A stretch of DNA of 64,000 nucleotides from Vicinamibacteria bacterium (GTDB lineage: Bacteria; Acidobacteriota; Vicinamibacteria; Marinacidobacterales; Marinacidobacteraceae), in contig OY729431.1 in assembly GCA_963422395.1 (NCBI GenBank), positions 768,001 through 832,000 on the forward strand, read 5' to 3'. This document shows positions 57,917-64,000 of this stretch, piece by piece. The notes beneath the pieces were generated by a model. It was not told the DNA's origin. It did not search any database and was given only the letters and a program-made list of their open reading frames with translations. The translations under genes and the position numbers were made by a program. Numbering within the stretch: the stretch's first letter is position 1; every line of letters begins with the position of its first letter.

Positions 57917-58062
57917 AGGACCCGTTTCACCAAAGCGTCCGGACGTGGCCGTATCGGCGGCCGGCCGCGCTTGGTGATGACCACCGGAGTGCGTGTCCTC
58001 GCTACCTCGTCGAGCAACTTGAGACAAACATCCTGGAACTTCCCGGCTGCAATGGTCGTCAT
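57898..58062 (-). pseudogene. Orphan, probably truncated Phd/YefM antitoxin
   Basis: MTTIAAGKFQDVCLKLLDEVARTRTPVVITKRGRP is a typical Phd N-terminus; the tail overlaps the symporter end and no toxin follows. Confidence 0.75.
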
Positions 58063-58072
58063 CCGCACCTCG

Positions 58073-58100
58073 TAGCCATAGCAATAATGGCCATTGACCA
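58073..58100 (-). promoter_or_regulatory. Putative antitoxin autoregulatory operator
   Basis: Palindrome AATGGCCATT (58086-58095) and three TGG(T/C)(C/T)A hexamers just upstream of the Phd RBS. Confidence 0.5.
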
Positions 58101-58119
58101 CAACGGACCGGCTCGGGAC

Positions 58120-61092
58120 TCAGTCCGCCGGGGAATCCCTCGGCTTCAGGATCCAGCCGGCGCCGTGCGCCCCCTGCATCCGTACCACGAGCGGGTTCGC
58201 GAGGCGCAGGTGGCGGACGGCGCACTCCTCGGATTCCGCAGGCTGGGCGGCGAGCCAGTCCCAGTCGAGCTCGCCGTCGCCGCGTTCGGGGTTCACGGTG
58301 AAGTAGCCGATGCCGTTCGACACCAGGTTGGCGAAGAAGTGCGTCCCCTGCGAGGGGGTGACCACGAGGTCCCGGAAACCGGCTTCGACGATGACCTGCG
58401 CTCCGCTGACCTGGTCCCAGCGCACCGGGATGCCGAGGAACGGATCGCGGGAACCCCAGCGTCCTACTCCGAAGAGCGCGTAGGGGCAGCCCTCGCCGAG
58501 GAGCCGGGCGTTCAGCCGGGCGATCTCGCCCGCCGTCTCCCGGCTGTGGAGCCGGTCGAAGCGGCCCGGGTCCACGACCACCAGGTCGGCGAGGTTCTCG
58601 ATCCGTCCGTGGCCGAGCACCCGGGAACTCCGGCAGAGCACCGAGGCGCGGTCTGCGGCTTCTTCCTCGTCGGTGATCGGTTCGCGGGTCTGCTGCAGCC
58701 TTCGCAGCTGCACGAAGCCGAACTCGCGCGGACTTCCCGGCGGGACGGACAGGTTCGCGGCGAACTCCAGCTCCACCGGACCGCGGCAGGCCTCCTCGCC
58801 GAGGTCGAGCAGCTCCGACAGGATCGCGGCAAGCGGGAAGACCTCCGGCATCTTCAGGAGCGGCGCCAGAGTCACGAGGCGAGTCCCCGGGCGGGAGATC
58901 CCGTCGTGGAGAGCGTCTCCAGCCGCTGAAACCGTCGAGCCCAGCAGGCCCAGCACTCCGTCGGCCTCGGCGCCTTCGAGGGATGTTTCGAGGAGCGGCG
59001 GGGCGATGTTCGTTCCGAAGGAGTTTGCGGATTCCGGGGCGGTGAGATCGAGAGCGAGGAAGTTGTGCTGCGCGTTGCAGCGGGCGTCGGCAGCGGCAGC
59101 GAAACCGAGGCGGTGCTGCGGGTGGCGGGGAGAGAAGCGCACCGCCGGCCCGCCGCCGGTCACCTGCTCGCCGAGGCCGAGGGCGACTGCGGCGATGCCG
59201 TCCTCGGACCGGAGCGGAGCGGTCGGGTAGAAGTTCTGCGAGCGCGCGGCGCCGGCGATGTCGGGATAGAAGCGCCGTCCGTGCGGCAGCCCGACGAGCC
59301 GCTGCAGGATGACCGCCATCTTCTCCTCTTCGAGCCGATAGGGAGTGCTGTCGAGGAAATTCCGCGCGTGGGGCAGGAAGAGCGAGGCATAGACCTGCTT
59401 GATGGCCCGGGCGATGGCCGACAGACGCTCTTCCGCCGCGTCGGCGCCGTTCGGGAGCAGCACGGTTTCGTACACCCCGCTGAACGGTTGGTAGGGAGAG
59501 TCTTCGAGCAGGCTGGAGGAGCGGACCGCGAGCGGGTACCGCACCGCCTCCGCGAACCGCCGCAGGTCGGCGGCCGTATCCTCGGGCAGTCGGGCGCGCT
59601 CGAAGCGCTCCCGCAGCTCGATCTCGCGGTCGGCTTCGAGCGCGAAGGGGAGGAGGTCGTTCTCCTCGAGGAAACGATCGAAGACGCCGGTCGCGAGTAC
59701 GACCGCCTGGGGCACCGCGATCAGCGTTCCGGGATGCCGGTCGGCGATGCCCGAACGGTCGAGCACCGAGTTCGTGAAAGCGAGGCCGCGGGCTTTTCCG
59801 CCCACCGAGCCGCTGCCGATGCGGAGGAAGGCCGAACCCGGCTCGAAGCCCTCCCGCGGAAAGTCGGCGACCACTGCGCGGCTCCGTTCCCGGCGCCGCT
59901 CGCCGAGCTGTCGGGCCAGGTCCGAGCCGATGTGCTCGCCGGGCTCGTAGTCGCTGATCCGCACCTCGCGGAGCCGCCGCGCCAGCTCCAGTTCCCCGCG
60001 CGCCATCAACCAGTGCGAGATCTCGTTGTTGCGCCCGTGGTGGACGAGGCTTTCCCGCGGCGCCCGAGCGAGCGCCTGCTGGAAGCCGTCGAGATCGGCG
60101 GCGCGGGCCAGTTCCGTTCCGTCGGGCAGCCGGAAGACGAAATCTCCGAAATGGAACCGCTCCAGCATCAGGCGGCGGGTCTGCCGAAGTAGATCCCGCG
60201 ACCCCTTCAGCAGGAAGTCGGCCCCGGCGCGGCGGGCGAGCGTCTCGTTCTCGGGCCGGTGCGAATGGAGGATCGCCGGGATGTCGGGGCGCTTTTCGCG
60301 CATCGCGGCGACGAAACGCTCTCCCGCTTGCGGGTCGAGCCGGCCGCCGCGGGGGTACTCGATGTCCGAGATCACCCCGAGGATTTGATCCGGGTAGGAG
60401 GTGAGCACTTCCCAGGCCTCCTCGTAGCAGTCGCAGAGGAGGATCTTGGGCCGGCGCCGGATCCGGTGGAACTTCTCGGTGAGGCTCATCCCGTCGGGGA
60501 GCAGCTTGCGGGTCTGCTCGAAGACCGCCTGGTAGATGACCGGCAGGAACGACGAGTAGTACCGGATGCTGTCCTCGACCACCAGGATGGCGGGCACCCC
60601 GCGCTGTCCGGTGTCGTGCGGGGCGTTCCAGCGGTCCTCGACCTGTTTCACGATCGCCAGGAAGATCCCCACATCGCCCTGCCAGACGAAGGGCTTTTCG
60701 AGCCCGGCGCCGGGGTTCTGCCTCCGGTACTCGCGCACCGTCTTCGTGTCGTACCCGAACAGGGTGACCGGAGTGTTCCCGGCCTCTTCGCGGAGCCGGC
60801 CGGCGAAGGCGCCGATGTCCATGTCGCCGAGATGCGGCGAGGCGATCACCAGCTGGAAGCGGGAGGGCTGCTCGGCGAGCCGCTGAAGCGCCTCCGCTCC
60901 GGATTCGACCTGGGTGACGCTCGGCAGGATGCGCAGGTTCAGGTCGAGGAATCCGGACAGCACGCGGTCGTCGAGCTGCCCGTCCTCGGCGAGGATGAAG
61001 GAGTCGTAGTGGGAAAGCACGAAGAGGACTTCGTGGACCTTGAAGCCGAGCAGGTCGGCGAACGCCGGGGAGAGGGCGCCGGGAAGCGGCAT
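58120..61092 (-). CDS. Receiver-like domains fused to a PEP synthase/PPDK nucleotide-binding (ATP-grasp) domain
   Basis: ILVVEDS and VISDIEYP receiver-like motifs; GSVGGKARGLAF, LAVRSSSLLEDS, FSGVYET, MAVILQ, GLGE, VELEFA, SQGTHFF. Confidence 0.85.
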   Translation of the reverse strand: MPLPGALSPAFADLLGFKVHEVLFVLSHYDSFILAEDGQLDDRVLSGFLDLNLRILPSVTQVESGAEALQRLAEQPSRFQLVIASPHLGDMDIGAFAGRLREEAGNTPVTLFGYDTKTVREYRRQNPGAGLEKPFVWQGDVGIFLAIVKQVEDRWNAPHDTGQRGVPAILVVEDSIRYYSSFLPVIYQAVFEQTRKLLPDGMSLTEKFHRIRRRPKILLCDCYEEAWEVLTSYPDQILGVISDIEYPRGGRLDPQAGERFVAAMREKRPDIPAILHSHRPENETLARRAGADFLLKGSRDLLRQTRRLMLERFHFGDFVFRLPDGTELARAADLDGFQQALARAPRESLVHHGRNNEISHWLMARGELELARRLREVRISDYEPGEHIGSDLARQLGERRRERSRAVVADFPREGFEPGSAFLRIGSGSVGGKARGLAFTNSVLDRSGIADRHPGTLIAVPQAVVLATGVFDRFLEENDLLPFALEADREIELRERFERARLPEDTAADLRRFAEAVRYPLAVRSSSLLEDSPYQPFSGVYETVLLPNGADAAEERLSAIARAIKQVYASLFLPHARNFLDSTPYRLEEEKMAVILQRLVGLPHGRRFYPDIAGAARSQNFYPTAPLRSEDGIAAVALGLGEQVTGGGPAVRFSPRHPQHRLGFAAAADARCNAQHNFLALDLTAPESANSFGTNIAPPLLETSLEGAEADGVLGLLGSTVSAAGDALHDGISRPGTRLVTLAPLLKMPEVFPLAAILSELLDLGEEACRGPVELEFAANLSVPPGSPREFGFVQLRRLQQTREPITDEEEAADRASVLCRSSRVLGHGRIENLADLVVVDPGRFDRLHSRETAGEIARLNARLLGEGCPYALFGVGRWGSRDPFLGIPVRWDQVSGAQVIVEAGFRDLVVTPSQGTHFFANLVSNGIGYFTVNPERGDGELDWDWLAAQPAESEECAVRHLRLANPLVVRMQGAHGAGWILKPRDSPAD

Positions 61093-61159
61093 CGCCCGCA
61101 GAGTGTGCCACCCGGCCAGGTCACCAGGCTCGGGCCCTTCGTCGGGCCGCTTCCCCCCC

Positions 61160-61165
61160 TACAAT
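61160..61165 (+). promoter_or_regulatory. Putative -10 box (TACAAT) of gdhA
   Basis: TACAAT about 35 nt upstream of the ATG; GGAGG RBS present. Confidence 0.45.
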
Positions 61166-61199
61166 CCGCGCCGCGCGTCCCTGCGCCCGGAGGATCCCT

Positions 61200-62558
61200 A
61201 TGGAATACACCGAGTCCATCCTGAACCAGGCTGCTGTCCGGAACCCGGGGGAGCGCGAGTTTCTCCAGGCGGTCCACGAAGTCGTCGAATCGGTGGGAGT
61301 GGTCCTCGAACGCCATCCCGAATACCGCGCTGCGCGCGTCCTCGAACGGATGGTGGAACCCGAGCGGGTGGTGATGTTCCGGGTTCCCTGGCTCGACGAC
61401 GCCGGGAAGGTTCGGGTGAACCGGGGCTTCCGGATCGAGATGAACAGCGCGATCGGTCCCTACAAGGGCGGGTTGCGCTTCCACCCTTCGGTGAACCTCT
61501 CGATCCTCAAGTTCCTCGCCTTCGAGCAGGTGTTCAAGAACTCCCTGACCACGCTGCCGCTCGGCGGCGGCAAGGGCGGGTCGGACTTCGACCCGAAGGG
61601 GAAGAGCGACGCCGAGGTGATGCGCTTCTGTCAGTCCTTCATGACCGAGCTGCAGCGCCACATCGGGGCCTACACCGATGTTCCGGCGGGCGATATCGGC
61701 GTCGGCGGGCGTGAGATCGGCTTTCTCTTCGGACAGTACAAGCGGATCGCGAACCGCTTCACCGGAGTGCTCACCGGAAAGTCACCGGGCTGGGGCGGCT
61801 CGCTCATCCGGCCCGAGGCCACCGGTTACGGAGCGGTGTATTTCGCAAAGGAGATGCTCGCCACTCGGGAGGACACCCTCGCCGGGAAGACCTGCCTCGT
61901 CTCGGGGAGCGGGAATGTCGCCCAGTACACCGTGGAGAAGCTGAACGAGCTCGAAGCGAAGCCGGTGACGCTCTCGGATTCCAGCGGCTTCATCCATGAC
62001 CCGGAAGGCATCGGTCCGGAGAAGCTGGCCTTCGTCATGGAACTCAAGAACGAACGGCGTGGCCGGATCCGCGAGTACGCCGAGAAGTTTCCCGGCGCGC
62101 GGTACTCGGAGTCCGCACTCGGCGCTCCGGAAAATCCGCTCTGGGCGATTCCCGCAGAGTGCGCCTTCCCGAGCGCCACGGAAAACGAGATCAGCGAGCG
62201 CGACGGCGAGAACCTGCTCGCGAACGGCTGTTTCGTGATCTCCGAAGGGGCGAACATGCCGTCGGTTCCCGGCGCGGTGCGGCAGTTCACCGGCGCCGGA
62301 ATCCTCTACGGACCCGGCAAGGCGGCGAACGCCGGCGGGGTCGCGGTGTCCGGTCTCGAGATGGCACAGAATGTCGGGATGATCCAGTGGAAGCGCGAGG
62401 TGGTGGACCGGAGGCTGAACGACATCATGGTGGAGATCCACTCCGACTGCATCGAGGCCGCCGCGCGTTTCGGCGCCCCCGGCAACTATGTGGTCGGGGC
62501 GAACATCGCCGGGTTCTTCAAGGTCGCCGACGCCATGATGGACCAGGGCGTCGTCTGA
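61200..62558 (+). CDS. gdhA: NADP-specific glutamate dehydrogenase
   Basis: GPYKGGLRFHPSVN, GGGKGGSDFDPK, DVPAGDIGVG, RPEATGYG, SGSGNVA, KAANAGGVAVSGLEM. Confidence 0.97.
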   Translation: MEYTESILNQAAVRNPGEREFLQAVHEVVESVGVVLERHPEYRAARVLERMVEPERVVMFRVPWLDDAGKVRVNRGFRIEMNSAIGPYKGGLRFHPSVNLSILKFLAFEQVFKNSLTTLPLGGGKGGSDFDPKGKSDAEVMRFCQSFMTELQRHIGAYTDVPAGDIGVGGREIGFLFGQYKRIANRFTGVLTGKSPGWGGSLIRPEATGYGAVYFAKEMLATREDTLAGKTCLVSGSGNVAQYTVEKLNELEAKPVTLSDSSGFIHDPEGIGPEKLAFVMELKNERRGRIREYAEKFPGARYSESALGAPENPLWAIPAECAFPSATENEISERDGENLLANGCFVISEGANMPSVPGAVRQFTGAGILYGPGKAANAGGVAVSGLEMAQNVGMIQWKREVVDRRLNDIMVEIHSDCIEAAARFGAPGNYVVGANIAGFFKVADAMMDQGVV

Positions 62559-62631
62559 TCGCGGCGCTTCCGGTCGTCGAACCACTCCGCCGAGCGGAGG
62601 GGGCGGTCGAGGGTCCGTCCGAATTCGGGGA

Positions 62632-63420
62632 TCAGGCCGGGGGCCCGTCGGGGGGGTGCGCAAGAGGGCTTGCGGTGCTGCTGGCCGTTGCGGCGCCGCC
62701 GTTCTCCCAGCGCGGCACCACCACCCCGAGCGAGATGACCATCTGCAGTGCCTGCTGCCGGCTCATGCTCAGCTCGATCACCTCTTCCCGGGGAAGGGTG
62801 ATCACGAAACCCGATGTGGGGTTGGGGGTGGTGGGAACGAACACCGCCATCACCTCGCGCTCGGTGGATTCCTCGGGTGAGGCGGAGCCGTCTCCTGGAG
62901 TTGCCGGCGCCGTCGAGGGGTGGTGGGCCGAAGGCTCCGGATTTTCGACCCGCACTCCACCCTGCACTCGTTGCCGCACCCGGTGTTGGACCTCGCCGAG
63001 GTCGCCCGCCATCTGGAAGGCGATGCTGTACACCCCCCGGCGCGGATACTCGATCAGGACCACCTTCCCGAAAGCGTCGCCGCTGGTGAAGAGCGCTTCG
63101 AGCAGTTCGCGTACTCCGGAATAGACCCAGCGCGCCACCGGGACGCGGCTGAGCGGGCGCTCCACCGCCACTTTCAGAATCCGGCCGGCCACGCCGAACC
63201 GGGTCACCACCCAGCCGGTGAGCAGCAGCACCGATGCCACCACTCCGAGCGCGGTCAGCCGCGGTTCCCAGCCGAGCGAGGGGAAGAACCACGACGAAAC
63301 GAGCGAGTAGATGATCCGCCCGACGAGCACTACTGCCGCCAACGGGATCCAGACCAGGAAGCCCCGGAGCAGATAGCGGCGAAGGGTTTCCCAGGTGGTG
63401 CGTCGGGCGGGGTCCGGCAT
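62632..63420 (-). CDS. DUF502 membrane protein
   Basis: VVLIEYPRRG, VFVPTTPNPTSGF, VISLGV; N-terminal TM helices. Confidence 0.88.
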   Translation of the reverse strand: MPDPARRTTWETLRRYLLRGFLVWIPLAAVVLVGRIIYSLVSSWFFPSLGWEPRLTALGVVASVLLLTGWVVTRFGVAGRILKVAVERPLSRVPVARWVYSGVRELLEALFTSGDAFGKVVLIEYPRRGVYSIAFQMAGDLGEVQHRVRQRVQGGVRVENPEPSAHHPSTAPATPGDGSASPEESTEREVMAVFVPTTPNPTSGFVITLPREEVIELSMSRQQALQMVISLGVVVPRWENGGAATASSTASPLAHPPDGPPA

Positions 63421-63547
63421 CGTCCGTGAGTTTAGGGGGAGGAGAGAGCCGGTGGTCAGCCCTCCGGGTCCCCCGCAACGCAGCGGAGAGAATTCGAGCG
63501 GCTCCGTTCGGTAAATGCTGGCTACGACTAACATCCGCGCCCCTCCC

Positions 63548-64000
63548 ATGGAGCTCCCGGTCGTCTGCTTGCCCGGCGACGGCATCGGCCCGGAGGTGGT
63601 GGCCGAGGCCGAACGGGTGCTCGGGCGGATCGCCGACCGTTTCGGGCATCGGCTCCGGGTGGAGCGGCACGATTTCGCTGGCGCCGCCTGGGATCGCGGG
63701 GGCGAGGCGTTCCCCGAGACGACCCGGGCCGCCTGCGCCGGCGCGCGCGTGATCCTGCTCGGCGCGGTCGGTGACCCGCGGCACGATGCCCTGCCTGCCG
63801 GCGAGCGCCCCGAGCGCGCGCTCCTCGAACTCCGCCGGATGCTCGACGCCTTCGCGAACCTCCGCCCGGTGCGGGTGGAAACGGTGCCCGGCAACTCGCC
63901 TTTCCGGCCGGCAGCCATCGAGGGCGCCGACCTGCTGATCGTCCGGGAGCTCACCGGGGGCCTCTACTACGGGGAGCCGCGCGGGGTGAGCGGTACTGGC
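63548..64000 (+). CDS. leuB: 3-isopropylmalate dehydrogenase, truncated by window end
   Basis: Translated by hand: MELPVVCLPGDGIGPEV...ILLGAVGDP...PERALLELRR..FANLRP...IVRELTGGLYYGEPRG. Confidence 0.93.
   Translation, partial: MELPVVCLPGDGIGPEVVAEAERVLGRIADRFGHRLRVERHDFAGAAWDRGGEAFPETTRAACAGARVILLGAVGDPRHDALPAGERPERALLELRRMLDAFANLRPVRVETVPGNSPFRPAAIEGADLLIVRELTGGLYYGEPRGVSGTG

Overview
A very GC-rich, densely coding bacterial window of about 45 genes. Gene content (DUF1501/DUF1553 pair, secreted amidohydrolases, TolB-like/M28, PIG-L) suggests an Acidobacteriota/Planctomycetota-like genome, which is inference only. The backbone is metG, lepA-hemW, gdhA, leuB (partial), cofE-npdG, an Fe3+ ABC transporter with a Fur-like box, two Na+:solute symporters, GH4/PfkB and a peroxiredoxin. 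Putative defence/TA genes are scattered through it with no integrase or transposase: a YhaN-like ATPase, a Swt1-HEPN/DUF499 ATPase + SNF2-DUF3883 helicase locus lacking its usual DUF1156 methylase, an AAA-DUF3696-like ATPase with an internally deleted PIN-like partner, GmrSD, an ABC-ATPase/TOPRIM gene, XRE-IrrE+PIN, an orphan Phd and a stretch of gene fragments beside metG. Features read directly from the DNA: a 223-bp MITE with nested inverted repeats between DUF499 and the helicase (with related ends elsewhere), a 60-bp in-frame direct repeat bracketing the helicase nuclease domain plus the AAA module, and a GGAG-type REP-like family. I found no rRNA, tRNA or CRISPR array. All product calls come from motif recognition by eye; no searches were run.
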